Made by a program: the position numbers and the translations under genes | Assembly: GCA_964596735.1 (NCBI GenBank) | Contig: CAZQVF010000006.1 | Location: forward strand, 24,152-88,151 | Origin: an uncultured Gammaproteobacteria bacterium | Lineage (GTDB): Bacteria; Patescibacteriota; Patescibacteriia; UBA2591; UBA6264 | Reading direction: 5' to 3' | DNA length: 64,000 nt | Part shown: piece by piece, positions 10,344 to 20,538 of the stretch | Layout: the number at the start of each line of letters is the position of its first letter | Position numbering within the stretch: the first letter of the stretch is position 1 | The notes under the pieces: model-generated | What the model saw: only the letters and a program-made list of their open reading frames with translations | What the model was told of the DNA's origin: nothing | The model's database searches: none

Positions 10344-11063
10344 ATGAAAATTACAATCGCCATTCCGGCTTACAACGAAGAAAAAATCATTAGTCAAAAA
10401 ATTGACCAGCTTTTTAAGTTTTGCCAAGAACAATTATCAGATTATCAATGGTTAGTTGTTGTTGCTATTAATGGCTCAAAAGATAAAACATTAGAAATCG
10501 TCCAAGAAAAAAATAGAACATATTCTAACTTAGAATATGTTAACTTAGATGCCCTGGGTAAGGGCGGAGCAATTAGAAAGGCTTGGCAAACTCATCCCGG
10601 CGATATTAATATTTTTATGGATGCTGATCTCTCAACTGAACTAAAGTCAATCCATGAACTAATCAAAGCAATTAAAAAAGAAAACTATCAAATAGTTATT
10701 GGTTCTCGATATCAAAAACAAAGTCATTTAGAAAGATCCGTTATTCGTTCCCTTTTTACATATGCTTATAATCTAATCTTAAAATTATTTTTTAATCTCA
10801 AAATAACTGATGCTTCATGTGGATTTAAAGCTGTTTCTCGAGAAGTAGTAAAAAAAATTGTTCCTAAAATTAAAAACAATGACTTATTTTTTGACACAGA
10901 ACTTTTAATCCTGGCTCGTCAATCTAATTTTTCTATCAAAGAAATTCCTGTTACTTGGAGAGATGAGAATCAAAGAAAAACAAAAATCAAAATATTTAAA
11001 ACCTCTTTTGATTATTTTAAAGAGATTATTAAAATAAAAGTGCGCCTTAGAAAGACGCACTAG
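10344..11063 (+). CDS. GT2 glycosyltransferase (Dpm1-like)
   Basis: IAIPAYNEEKII N-terminus and DAD motif. Confidence 0.75.
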   Translation: MKITIAIPAYNEEKIISQKIDQLFKFCQEQLSDYQWLVVVAINGSKDKTLEIVQEKNRTYSNLEYVNLDALGKGGAIRKAWQTHPGDINIFMDADLSTELKSIHELIKAIKKENYQIVIGSRYQKQSHLERSVIRSLFTYAYNLILKLFFNLKITDASCGFKAVSREVVKKIVPKIKNNDLFFDTELLILARQSNFSIKEIPVTWRDENQRKTKIKIFKTSFDYFKEIIKIKVRLRKTH

Positions 11064-11089
11064 AATTCATATAAAGTGTTGTAATTTTA

Positions 11090-11512
11090 TTATTCAGGAA
11101 GGGGTTCACTTGTAGCCTCTTTGGTTACTCCGGATAGTCTTTCAACTACGAACTGAGAAATGGAATAAGAGAATATAACAATTATTAAACCAATCAAAGC
11201 TGATGACATTAGCTTTTTTGCTTTAGTTACCTGCTCGGCATTTCCGCCAGAAGTCATCCACATTATTCCGCCAGCAATCATTAAGACCACTAAGATTATT
11301 CCCATTAAGCCAAGGATAACTCCGATTATCCGACCAACAATTGCTGTTGGTTGAGTCTCTGATCCTAAACCAGCCACGTTTGCTGTTTGTTCCAATTCTC
11401 CAAGTTGAGCAAAAGCGACTTTTTTTTCTACTAAAAAACCGCTTAAAGCTAAGAGTAAAATTAATATTATTAAAACATAAACCACCTTCTCTTTCGAGTC
11501 GAGATGTTTCAT
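11090..11512 (-). CDS. secreted membrane-hairpin pilin-like protein (TrbC/VirB2-like T4SS pilin family candidate)
   Basis: Signal peptide followed by two hydrophobic helices around a conserved GGIMWMTSGGNAEQ..KAKKLM..ALIGLIIVI core that is shared with three neighbouring paralogs. Confidence 0.45.
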   Translation of the reverse strand: MKHLDSKEKVVYVLIILILLLALSGFLVEKKVAFAQLGELEQTANVAGLGSETQPTAIVGRIIGVILGLMGIILVVLMIAGGIMWMTSGGNAEQVTKAKKLMSSALIGLIIVIFSYSISQFVVERLSGVTKEATSEPLPE

Positions 11513-11531
11513 AATACTGTAATTAAAGATT

Positions 11532-11897
11532 CTAGGTTGTTACGCCTGATAACTTACCAATAACAAATGCAGCAATAGCGTAAGCGAGGATAACAATAAT
11601 TAAACCAATCAAAGCTGATCCCATCAATTTTTTAGCACTCTTAATTTTCTCTTCATTTCCTCCAGAGGTCATCCACTGGAAGCCACCAACAATAATTAAA
11701 ACAACTGCCACCAAACCAAGGAGACTTAAGACTATCTGAATTATCTTTCCAATAATTTCAGATAAACCAGCTGAACCATAACCTGCTCCTGTCTGAAAAT
11801 TGGTCAAATAATCATTCCCAAAATTTAATTGACCTAAAGCAATCGCTGGGAGTAAGAGTAAAGCGATGATAAGCCCTGGAACAATGTAATTTTTCAT
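11532..11897 (-). CDS. secreted membrane-hairpin pilin-like protein (paralog)
   Basis: Contains the GGFQWMTSGGNEEKIKSAKKLMGSALIGLIIVI core. Confidence 0.45.
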   Translation of the reverse strand: MKNYIVPGLIIALLLLPAIALGQLNFGNDYLTNFQTGAGYGSAGLSEIIGKIIQIVLSLLGLVAVVLIIVGGFQWMTSGGNEEKIKSAKKLMGSALIGLIIVILAYAIAAFVIGKLSGVTT

Positions 11898-12053
11898 TTT
11901 AAAACTCTTTTTCGCTTCTTAAACCCTCTTTTTTATGAAGCGAATATTTAATCAAACAACGACCTTGAATGACTATTTAATTATACTATTTAATTATTAA
12001 TTTCTATTCTAGAGGCAAATAAGGGATTCGTCAAGTTTGAAGTGTGGATATCT

Positions 12054-12419
12054 TTATTTGGTGCTAGACAAAAAAGCATTTAAAATAAAATCTAGAATGG
12101 CATAACTAAGGAAAACAAAAGCTAATCCAAAGATTGCCCAAACAAGTGTGTCTCTTCCTTTTTTAATTTTTTCTGCTGCTCCGGCTGAAGTCATCCAGGT
12201 TATTCCACCATAAATAAACATTACTAAAGCCAAAACGCCAACAAATCCTAATATATAGGCAATAATATCTCCCACTAAAACAGGGATGTCTCTTTTCCCC
12301 AAAGGATCATCTAGTTGAGGCATGTCTTCTTGGGCTTGAACAAAATTAGATAATAAAAAACATCCACTAATAATAAGGCTCACAACTAAAATGAAATAAA
12401 TTTTTGGTTTTTGTTTCAT
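12054..12419 (-). CDS. secreted membrane-hairpin pilin-like protein (paralog)
   Basis: Contains the GGITWMTSAGAAEKIKKG core. The start is more likely MKQKPK at 12419 than the track start at 12458, which overlaps the upstream gene. Confidence 0.45.
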   Translation of the reverse strand: MKQKPKIYFILVVSLIISGCFLLSNFVQAQEDMPQLDDPLGKRDIPVLVGDIIAYILGFVGVLALVMFIYGGITWMTSAGAAEKIKKGRDTLVWAIFGLAFVFLSYAILDFILNAFLSSTK

Positions 12420-12426
12420 ATAATAT

Positions 12427-13347
12427 TTATAGACAAGGATTAGTGATGACTCCAGCATCTCTTAAAATTTCTTTATAAGCATCTCTTGTACCCGAACCAA
12501 CCCTTCCGTCTACGCTCAAACAATAAGCATTAGGGCAGCCACCACTATTAGCTTGTTGAAATCTTGTTGTACAATCTCTTGTTGTCGAGCCAAACTTACC
12601 ATCTGGAGTTCCACAATCACATCCCCAGTTATTAAGTTTTTGTTGATATGTTAAAACTTCTGAAGACTGACATCCTTTATTTAGTCCTGTCCACGTACAA
12701 CCATAACACCAAGGCCGATTATCTGAAATATTATCAAGGAGAGGACAATCTGACCAGCCTTGATCTTCTGAAACTTCACTTGATTGAGGTAAATATTCTT
12801 CTGCACCAAAAGCTTCCATTACTACACGAACAATTGTAAAGGCAACTAAAACAATAATCAACCCAACAATTGCTCCCTTAATCATGTCTTTCCCTTTTTT
12901 AATTCTTTCGGCTGAACCGCCTGAGGTTATCCATATTATACCACCAATAACGAAAAATAACAAAGCAAAAACACCCAGAAACCCTAAAACGTTTCCTGCT
13001 ACATTAACTCCCATTAAAAGAAAATCATTTAAAACACAGTCTCCACAGCAAGAACAAACCGGATTACTAATAAAAAAACCTACATGACAATCTTCTACTT
13101 TGTTAGATCCTTGACAGATACAATCATAGACGCCTTCTGAGATTTTTCGACAACAGCTACACGCACTCCCTGAGAACATTCCACTCCCGCCTTTGCCGAT
13201 TTGTCTACAAAGACTGGAATTATATTCTCCACACTTAATTGTACACCATTGCTGACAAGCATTTTCTTGAGCCTGGACAGCTTTAGGCATAATCACTCCT
13301 AACAAACAAATAATTAGAATAATAAAAATTGTTTTTTTATAATTCAT
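12427..13347 (-). CDS. Cys-rich pilin-like fusion protein with C-terminal peptidoglycan-binding-like domain
   Basis: A signal peptide and about 18 Cys in the N-terminal 100 aa precede a GGIIWITSGGSAERIKKG pilin-like core. The C-terminus has DGKFGSTTRD..FQQ and VDGRVGSGTRDAY motifs like PG_binding_1. Confidence 0.45.
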   Translation of the reverse strand: MNYKKTIFIILIICLLGVIMPKAVQAQENACQQWCTIKCGEYNSSLCRQIGKGGSGMFSGSACSCCRKISEGVYDCICQGSNKVEDCHVGFFISNPVCSCCGDCVLNDFLLMGVNVAGNVLGFLGVFALLFFVIGGIIWITSGGSAERIKKGKDMIKGAIVGLIIVLVAFTIVRVVMEAFGAEEYLPQSSEVSEDQGWSDCPLLDNISDNRPWCYGCTWTGLNKGCQSSEVLTYQQKLNNWGCDCGTPDGKFGSTTRDCTTRFQQANSGGCPNAYCLSVDGRVGSGTRDAYKEILRDAGVITNPCL

Positions 13348-13352
13348 TTTCC

Positions 13353-14732
13353 TTAATAGGTTAAATTAACTTTTTGAGCACAATATTTAATCGCTTCCTC
13401 AATAGTTTTTTCTCCTGTTAAAGTATCTTTAATCATTTCTTTAAAGGCTTCCTCCACCAAAGAATAATTTTTTCCTTGATACCAAGTCTGAGCTGTTAAT
13501 ACGCCTCTGGCAAATGGAGCTAAATCAAAATCTTCTAATTGTCTTTGAATTAATGCTCTATGGGCTGTTGGTCTCTTTGTCCTTTCAATAAAAGTCTGAG
13601 TATTTTGGTTCTCTATAGCATAAAGTAAAAAACTCCAAGCTTCGGAAGGATGTTTTGTTTTTTTAGAAACTGTTTCTAACCAATACTGGGCGTAATTAAC
13701 CTCTTTAAGTGAACTGCTGATTTGTGGAACCTTGGCAATATCAAAATTTAATTTTGGTGCCTGAGATTTAATAATGGGTAAATAATTTGAGTAACCTAAA
13801 ATAAATCCAACCCTGCCTTGAATAAAAGCGTCTAATGAATTTATCATTTGTTCATTCCAGGTATAAATTCCTTGATAAGGATTGGCAAAGCCAGTATAAA
13901 AACGTATTGCTTCTATTCCAGGAAAATAACCTGGATCATCAATCAGCGCTTTATCAAAAATGACCTGATCTCTCTGATTAACCATTGATGTCCCGTTTTG
14001 CAACATTAATAAGGAAAGTATGTCTGTTAAATTGGCTACATTTTCTGCTGTTCCCATGGCTACTCCAGATTGAATAAAATTTCCATATCTATCTTGCAAT
14101 GTTAAAGCGCTAACACTATTAACAAATTCTTGCCAAGTTTGAGGAGGATTAATTATTCCAGCGTTATTTAAAAGTTCTTTGTTATAATAAAGAACTAATA
14201 AATCCAGCCCTAAGGGTAAGCCATAAATTTTCTCATCTAAAATGACCCCATCTGATACTGCTTCAACAAATATTTCTCTTAGCTCCCTTAAATTTGGTGC
14301 TTTTTTTCTTTCCTCAACAACTTTTGGCTCTTTTTTTATTGTCCCAGCCATTACTTGTCGTGCTAAAACAATTTCTTGGGACAAATTAACAGGTAGGATT
14401 TTTGTTTGATATTTTCCTAACCAAGTATTAGGAATGGAAAAAATGTCTGGCCCCCTGTCTTCGGCCCAAGCTTCTAAAAGAGCCTGTTCATATTCTTCTT
14501 CACGAATTGTTTTATAGGTAATAGAAATATGAGGATATAAAGTTTGCCAACCATCAATAATTGCTGCAAAAGCATCTTGGCTGTCTTGGGTTCGCCAATA
14601 AACCAAATTTATTGGCTTAATTTTTTCTGCTATCTTCTCACTGGCTGTACACTTACATCCCAGGCCAGAGGTAATTAAAAAAACACCTATTAAGAGTCCT
14701 ATTAGGATTTTTGTTTTTCTCTTTCTCGCCAT
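13353..14732 (-). CDS. ABC transporter extracellular solute-binding lipoprotein (family 1)
   Basis: Lipobox-like LGCKC after the signal peptide and SBP_bac_1-like length and composition. Confidence 0.6.
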   Translation of the reverse strand: MARKRKTKILIGLLIGVFLITSGLGCKCTASEKIAEKIKPINLVYWRTQDSQDAFAAIIDGWQTLYPHISITYKTIREEEYEQALLEAWAEDRGPDIFSIPNTWLGKYQTKILPVNLSQEIVLARQVMAGTIKKEPKVVEERKKAPNLRELREIFVEAVSDGVILDEKIYGLPLGLDLLVLYYNKELLNNAGIINPPQTWQEFVNSVSALTLQDRYGNFIQSGVAMGTAENVANLTDILSLLMLQNGTSMVNQRDQVIFDKALIDDPGYFPGIEAIRFYTGFANPYQGIYTWNEQMINSLDAFIQGRVGFILGYSNYLPIIKSQAPKLNFDIAKVPQISSSLKEVNYAQYWLETVSKKTKHPSEAWSFLLYAIENQNTQTFIERTKRPTAHRALIQRQLEDFDLAPFARGVLTAQTWYQGKNYSLVEEAFKEMIKDTLTGEKTIEEAIKYCAQKVNLTY

Positions 14733-14737
14733 ACAAT

Positions 14738-15598
14738 CTATTTTATGTTCTTTAAAAATTTTTTCAAGTCTTTTCTCATTTCCTTATCTTTAAGGGCAAA
14801 GGCGATATTTGCTTGTAAAAATCCTTGTTTACCACCAAAAGTATACCAATCCCCGTCAAATTCGCAAGCATAAGCCGGTTTTGTTTTAAGAAAAAGATTA
14901 AAAGCATCGCTAATTCCTGCTTCCTTTCCTTTTTTATAAGGAATTGATTTCATACATTTAACCAATTCCGGGGTAATAATATATCTACCCACCACCCCCA
15001 GATTAGAGGGTGCTTTCCCTGGTTTTGGTTTCTCAACTATTTTTTTAACTTGATAAATTTTTTGTTCTAATTTAACAGCTTTAATTGAACCAAAATGCCG
15101 AATCTCTTTTTTAGGCACTCTTTTTACGGCTAAAACTGGATCTCCATATTTCTCAAAAACGTCTATTAGCTGTTTTAAGCAGGGTTTTTTGCTATCAACA
15201 ATATCATCTCCAAAAAGTACTGCGCATGGTTCATTTTTAATAAATTCCTGGGCACAAAGAATTGCATCAGCCGTCCCCCTTTGCTGCTGTTGACGAATAA
15301 CAATAAAATCTGCCATCTTATGAATCCGGCGAACAGTTTCTAACGCCTTTTTCTTCCCTGCTTGTTTTAAGCGGGTTTCTAATTCAAAATTAAAATCAAA
15401 ATGGTTTTCAACCGCTCTTTTAGTATGACTAGTAATTAAAAATATCTGTTTAATCCCAGAAGCAACAACCTCTTCAACAATATTTTGGATAACTGGCTTG
15501 TCTAATAAAGGTAACATTTCTTTTGGTTGAGCCTTAGTAGCTGGTAAAAATCTTGTCCCTAAACCAGCTACGGGAATAATTGCCTTTGTAATTTTCAT
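14738..15598 (-). CDS. galU: UTP--glucose-1-phosphate uridylyltransferase
   Basis: KAIIPVAGLGTRFLPATKAQPKEMLP N-terminal signature. Confidence 0.8.
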   Translation of the reverse strand: MKITKAIIPVAGLGTRFLPATKAQPKEMLPLLDKPVIQNIVEEVVASGIKQIFLITSHTKRAVENHFDFNFELETRLKQAGKKKALETVRRIHKMADFIVIRQQQQRGTADAILCAQEFIKNEPCAVLFGDDIVDSKKPCLKQLIDVFEKYGDPVLAVKRVPKKEIRHFGSIKAVKLEQKIYQVKKIVEKPKPGKAPSNLGVVGRYIITPELVKCMKSIPYKKGKEAGISDAFNLFLKTKPAYACEFDGDWYTFGGKQGFLQANIAFALKDKEMRKDLKKFLKNIK

Positions 15599-15669
15599 TT
15601 TATAATTAAATTACCTTAATTTATATATAATAATATTTAATTTCAAGGTTCCCGCCGAAGGCGAGGTTC

Positions 15670-16860
15670 TTATTTTATTAATTTAATAAATCTCCTCTTA
15701 CCTACTTTTATTACCATACCAGGCTTTGGCTTAAATTCGTATTGCCAATCTTTAAATACTTTATCATTAATCTTCACTCCCCCTTGTTCAATTAATCTCC
15801 TTGCCTCACCCTTGCTGACGGTTAATTTTGCTTCTACTAAAACATCTATTAATTTAAATCTTTCTTTGTTTATTTTATAAACAGGAATATCTTCTGGTAA
15901 TCTTTTGTCCCTAAAAACTCTATTAAATTCTTTTTCTGCACTCTTTGCTTGATTTTCTCCATGGTATAGTTTCACAATTTCAAAGCTCAAACGCGCCTTA
16001 AGATCTCTTGGGTTAGCTCCTTTTTTTATTTGTTCCTCAATATCTTTTATCTCTGCATCTGTTAGTTGAGTACAAAGTCTGAAATATCTAAGAATCATGT
16101 CATCTTTCATAGACATTAGTTTCCCGTATTGATCCTTGGGGAGGGCTGTTATATTAACAACGTTTCCCTGACTAGTACTCATTTTATTCCCATCAAGCCC
16201 CTCTAACATTTTAAAGGTCATTATGTCTTGAGGTTCTTGATCATATGCTTGCTGAATTTTCCTTCCGGCCAATAAATTAAATAATTGATCATTTCCTCCA
16301 ACTTCTACGTCAGCTTTAATCATTACTGAATCATAACCCTGATAAAGAGGGTAATGAAATTCTCTTAGAGAAATATCTTCTTGGCTTTCCCAGCGTGTTT
16401 TAAAATTTCTCCTGGCCACCATTTGTTGAACACTAAATAAGTCAGCTAATTCATCAAGCTTACGCGGCTTTAATTTTCCTAACCATTTACTATTGCGATG
16501 CCATTCAATCTTTCCTGCATTTAAAACCTGGCTAATCTGTTTTTTATAATTTTTTAAATTCTTTTTAATTTGTTTTTCTGACAAAAAAGGCCTTTTGTGG
16601 AGCTTGTCTGAAGGATCGCCTATCTGAGCTGTGTAATCTCCTAGAATTAAAACTATCTGGTGTCCTAATTCTTGAAACTCTCTTAATTTCCATAAAGTTA
16701 TTGCTCGACCCAAATGAATCTGTGGGCCAGTCGGATCTACACCATGTTTAACCCTTAATTTTTCTCCTTTTAAAAGGCGTTTTTCTAAATGCTGATAATC
16801 AACAACTTCTTGAACATTACGAAAAAGAAGTCGTTTTATTTTCTCTTTATCGATTTTCAT
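15670..16860 (-). CDS. tyrS: tyrosine--tRNA ligase
   Basis: HIGH-like region, KMSTS motif and a C-terminal S4 domain (GEARRLIEQGGVKIN). Confidence 0.75.
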   Translation of the reverse strand: MKIDKEKIKRLLFRNVQEVVDYQHLEKRLLKGEKLRVKHGVDPTGPQIHLGRAITLWKLREFQELGHQIVLILGDYTAQIGDPSDKLHKRPFLSEKQIKKNLKNYKKQISQVLNAGKIEWHRNSKWLGKLKPRKLDELADLFSVQQMVARRNFKTRWESQEDISLREFHYPLYQGYDSVMIKADVEVGGNDQLFNLLAGRKIQQAYDQEPQDIMTFKMLEGLDGNKMSTSQGNVVNITALPKDQYGKLMSMKDDMILRYFRLCTQLTDAEIKDIEEQIKKGANPRDLKARLSFEIVKLYHGENQAKSAEKEFNRVFRDKRLPEDIPVYKINKERFKLIDVLVEAKLTVSKGEARRLIEQGGVKINDKVFKDWQYEFKPKPGMVIKVGKRRFIKLIK

Positions 16861-16937
16861 GCTTCTAGTTTAAAACAAAAAAACAAAAAAATCAAGTGCA
16901 TCTTGAATTTTTACCCCTTTTTTGATATAATAACTCT

Positions 16938-19844
16938 ATGCCAGTCAAAAAGAAAAATATAAAAAGAAGATCGTCTTGGAAAAGCCGACCAATTGGCAAA
17001 AAAACCAGGTCAAAGGGTCGTTTTAAAAAGACAAGAAAAAATCAAACAAACTCTTTGCGTAGTTTTTCTATTTTCTTTGGTTTTTCTATTTTATTAATTA
17101 GTGTTTTTGTAATTGGCACTTTTTCTTGGCTCACTTATACATTACCTAATCCAGAAGAACTTTTACAAAGAAACATTGCTCAAAGCACTAAAATTTATGA
17201 CCGCACTGGCAAAGCAGTATTATACGAAATATTTGCAGAAGAAAGAAGAAGCTTAGTTGAGCTTAAAGACATACCTCAAAACTTAATTAATGCCACGTTA
17301 ATGGCTGAAGATCAAGATTTCTTTACTCATCCTGGATTTGATCTTAAAGGAATCTTTAGGGCTATAATTGTTGATGTTTTGCAAGGAGGAAAGGTTCAAG
17401 GAGCGTCTACTTTAACTCAACAATTTATTAAAAATGCTTTTTTAACTACTGAAAAAACCTGGCAACGAAAAATTAAAGAATTACTTTTAGCCTATCAGTT
17501 AGAAAAAAAATATTCTAAACAAGAAATTCTACAAATGTATTTTAATGAAATTCCCTATGGATCAAACGCTTACGGGGCTGAAGCAGCTAGTCAAATCTAT
17601 TTTGGAAAATCAGTTAAAAATTTAGGGCTTGATGAATGTGCTCTCTTAGCGGCTATGGCTAAAGCTCCTACTTATTATTCTCCACGAGGTAATCATCAGG
17701 ATGAATTAATTCTCCGCCGCAATTATCTTCTAGATGTTATGGCTGACAAGGGACATATTTCTCAAGAATTAGCTAGTCAAACAAAAAAAATAAGTACTTT
17801 AGAAAAAGTTACCCCTCGTTATGAGAACATTACTGCCCCTCACTTTATTATGTATGTTAAAGGACTTTTAACAGAAAAATATGGTCAACGATCTGTTGAA
17901 CAAGGTGGGTTTAAGGTTATTACCACTCTTGATGTAAATAAACAAGAAATTGCTGAAAAAGCAATTGAAAATCAAGCTAAAAGAAACGAAGAAATATTTA
18001 AAGCAACTAATGCTGCCTTGGTTAGCATTGACGTTAAAACAGGACAAATTCTTGCCATGGTTGGCTCAAAAGACTTTTTTGATGAAGAAATTGATGGCCA
18101 GGTTAATGTTGCCACTCGTCTTCGCCAACCTGGTTCTTCTTTTAAACCAATTGTTTATGCGGCGGCTTTTGAAAAAGGCTATACTCCTGACACAATCCTT
18201 TTTGATGTAGAAACAAGTTTTGGTCCAACCGGAATTGATGATGAAGAATATATTCCTCAGAACTATAATGAAAAATTTTATGGACCAGTAACTATTCGTC
18301 AAGCTTTGTCTGGATCTTTAAATGTTCCTGGAGTTAAAACCCTTTATTTAACCGGCGTAAATAATGCCTTAAATTTAGCTCAAAGAATAGGCTATACTAC
18401 TTTAGTTGATAAGAGTCGTTACGGACTATCTCTTGTTCTAGGTGGAGGCGAAGTTAAACTTCTTGAGCACGTAGCTGCTTTTGGTGTTTTTGCCAGGGAG
18501 GGAGAAAAAATTCCCACTACCTGCATTCTCAGAGTAAAAGATGCTTCAGGAAAAGTCCTTGAAGAAAACGATCCTGAACTTTTTATTCCCCAAAGAGCTA
18601 TTGAACCTCAAATTACTCGCCTTATTAACAACATCCTTTCTGACAATCAATCCCGTGCTTTTGTTTTTGGTGAAAATAACCATTTAACCCTACCTGATCG
18701 CCCCGTAGCGGCTAAAACTGGAACAACTAATAATTTTCGTGACGCCTGGACAGTCGGCTATACTCCTGATCTAGTGGCTGGCGTCTGGGTTGGCAACAGC
18801 CGCAACGAAGCAATGGCAGATAAGGCAGATGGCTCTAATGTTGCTGCCCCTATTTGGCAAGAGTTTATGGCAAAGTCCTTAATCAATACTCTGGCAAAAG
18901 AATTCACTCCTCCAGAGCCAATTATTGTTGATAAGCCTATCCTTAAGGGACAAATGCCAAGTGAAATTACCCTTGAAGTTGATAAGGCCTCTCGCAAATT
19001 AGCGACTGATTTAACCCCTGATTCACAAAAAATAAGAAAAACATTTAAAAAATATTATCCTATTCTCTATTATTTAGATAAAGATGACCCTCGAGGGCCA
19101 ATCCCTAAAAACCCCGGCCTTGATTCCCAATATGAACGCTGGCAACAGGGAATAAAAGATTGGCTAGAAAAACTAAGTGAAGAAAATGGAGACGAAATTA
19201 AAATAGAGATTCCCCCGACTGAATATGATGATTTACATGTTCCAGCAAATCAACCAAGCTTATCAATCATCTCTCCACAAAATGGAATAACAGTTAGTTC
19301 CCAAATTTTACCAATCAAATTAACAACCGCGACTCCTAGAGAAACTAGCAAATTAATCTGCTATGTTGATAATATTCCCATAGACTCGGTTTCTCTTGAA
19401 AACGTTCCTAACAACTCTTTATCTGAATGTTTTATTAATTTTGCTGGCCTTGATTTAGGAGAACATAAAATTAAGGTTAGTGTTTTTGATGATATTGATA
19501 ATAGTAAAAGTCAGGAAATTTGGGTTATTGCTAATAAAACATTTAATCAAGAAATTTCCTGGTTGAATCTCGACAATAATGATACTGTTTTACAAAAAGA
19601 CTTTCCTTTAAATTTAAGTGTGTTAGCTCCTGCCTTAAAAATAAAAATGGTTAGATTCTTTGCTCAAAATCTAACCACATTACAAACTTCTTTGATTGGA
19701 ACAATCTTTAATCCAGAAGCAAGTGGAAGAATAAATTTAAACTGGAATATGGCCGACAAAACAGGCTATAAACTATGGGCAGAAATAATTGACACCAATA
19801 ATCAAACGCTGATTGGGAAAGAAATACAAGTTGAGGTTAAATAA
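16938..19844 (+). CDS. penicillin-binding protein 1A (GT51 transglycosylase + transpeptidase) with long C-terminal extension
   Basis: EDQDFFTHPG GT51 motif, SSFKP and KTGT transpeptidase motifs, N-terminal TM helix. Confidence 0.85.
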   Translation: MPVKKKNIKRRSSWKSRPIGKKTRSKGRFKKTRKNQTNSLRSFSIFFGFSILLISVFVIGTFSWLTYTLPNPEELLQRNIAQSTKIYDRTGKAVLYEIFAEERRSLVELKDIPQNLINATLMAEDQDFFTHPGFDLKGIFRAIIVDVLQGGKVQGASTLTQQFIKNAFLTTEKTWQRKIKELLLAYQLEKKYSKQEILQMYFNEIPYGSNAYGAEAASQIYFGKSVKNLGLDECALLAAMAKAPTYYSPRGNHQDELILRRNYLLDVMADKGHISQELASQTKKISTLEKVTPRYENITAPHFIMYVKGLLTEKYGQRSVEQGGFKVITTLDVNKQEIAEKAIENQAKRNEEIFKATNAALVSIDVKTGQILAMVGSKDFFDEEIDGQVNVATRLRQPGSSFKPIVYAAAFEKGYTPDTILFDVETSFGPTGIDDEEYIPQNYNEKFYGPVTIRQALSGSLNVPGVKTLYLTGVNNALNLAQRIGYTTLVDKSRYGLSLVLGGGEVKLLEHVAAFGVFAREGEKIPTTCILRVKDASGKVLEENDPELFIPQRAIEPQITRLINNILSDNQSRAFVFGENNHLTLPDRPVAAKTGTTNNFRDAWTVGYTPDLVAGVWVGNSRNEAMADKADGSNVAAPIWQEFMAKSLINTLAKEFTPPEPIIVDKPILKGQMPSEITLEVDKASRKLATDLTPDSQKIRKTFKKYYPILYYLDKDDPRGPIPKNPGLDSQYERWQQGIKDWLEKLSEENGDEIKIEIPPTEYDDLHVPANQPSLSIISPQNGITVSSQILPIKLTTATPRETSKLICYVDNIPIDSVSLENVPNNSLSECFINFAGLDLGEHKIKVSVFDDIDNSKSQEIWVIANKTFNQEISWLNLDNNDTVLQKDFPLNLSVLAPALKIKMVRFFAQNLTTLQTSLIGTIFNPEASGRINLNWNMADKTGYKLWAEIIDTNNQTLIGKEIQVEVK

Positions 19845-19846
19845 AG

Positions 19847-20458
19847 ATGAAGCAATTAATTATTGGCACAAAAAATCAAGCCAAGTTTAATCAAATAAAA
19901 GGGGTCTTGAGCTCCCTTAACATTGAAATAATGGGGCTCCCAACAGGGATTGATTTACCTGAGGTAATCGAAGACAGGGCGACTGCCCAAGAAAACGCAA
20001 GAAAGAAAGCAATATTTTATTCTCAATTTTTAAAGAAGGCTGTATTATCTATAGACAATGCCCTTTATATCGAGGGCTTAAGCCTTGATAAGCAGCCCGG
20101 AATTAATGTTAGAAGAATTAAAGGAAGGACTGATAGACCAAGCGACAAAGAACTTTTAAGTTATTATCAAAAAATATTTAGACCATTAGGAAATAGAATT
20201 AATGGACATTGGGAAGTTGCAATTTGTGTGGCTCATCCTAATGGTCAACTTAAGGAAACAACAATTGTTTCTCCTCGTATTTTTACCAATAAAAAAAGTG
20301 AAAAAATAACCAAGGGATATCCCCTTGAATCGCTACAAATTGACCCAAAAAGTGGTAAATATATTTCAGAAATGGATCAACAAGAACAGAATGTTTTTTG
20401 GAAAAAAATAATAGGGAGTCCTCTAAAAATTTTTGTTGAAAAAGCTATGTCCCTGTAG
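19847..20458 (+). CDS. Ham1/RdgB-like non-canonical purine NTP pyrophosphatase
   Basis: N-terminal GTKNQAKFNQIK region matches the Ham1 family, about 200 aa. Confidence 0.55.
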   Translation: MKQLIIGTKNQAKFNQIKGVLSSLNIEIMGLPTGIDLPEVIEDRATAQENARKKAIFYSQFLKKAVLSIDNALYIEGLSLDKQPGINVRRIKGRTDRPSDKELLSYYQKIFRPLGNRINGHWEVAICVAHPNGQLKETTIVSPRIFTNKKSEKITKGYPLESLQIDPKSGKYISEMDQQEQNVFWKKIIGSPLKIFVEKAMSL

Positions 20459-20538
20459 GCCATAGCTTTATTTAAAATTAAAATATAAAAACAACCCTGA
20501 AATGAACCTAAAGGGTCGTTCTTAATTTCACATATTTT

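Noticed and set aside
12420-12458. Upstream extension of the third pilin-like ORF (track start 12458)
   Set aside because: The extension overlaps the preceding gene and precedes the signal peptide. The internal Met (MKQKPK) gives a canonical signal peptide.
17950-18997. Short ORFs antisense or in alternative frames within the PBP1A gene (17950..18210, 18066..18302, 18758..18997)
   Set aside because: They are embedded in a high-confidence PBP gene, have no motifs, and are low-complexity translations.
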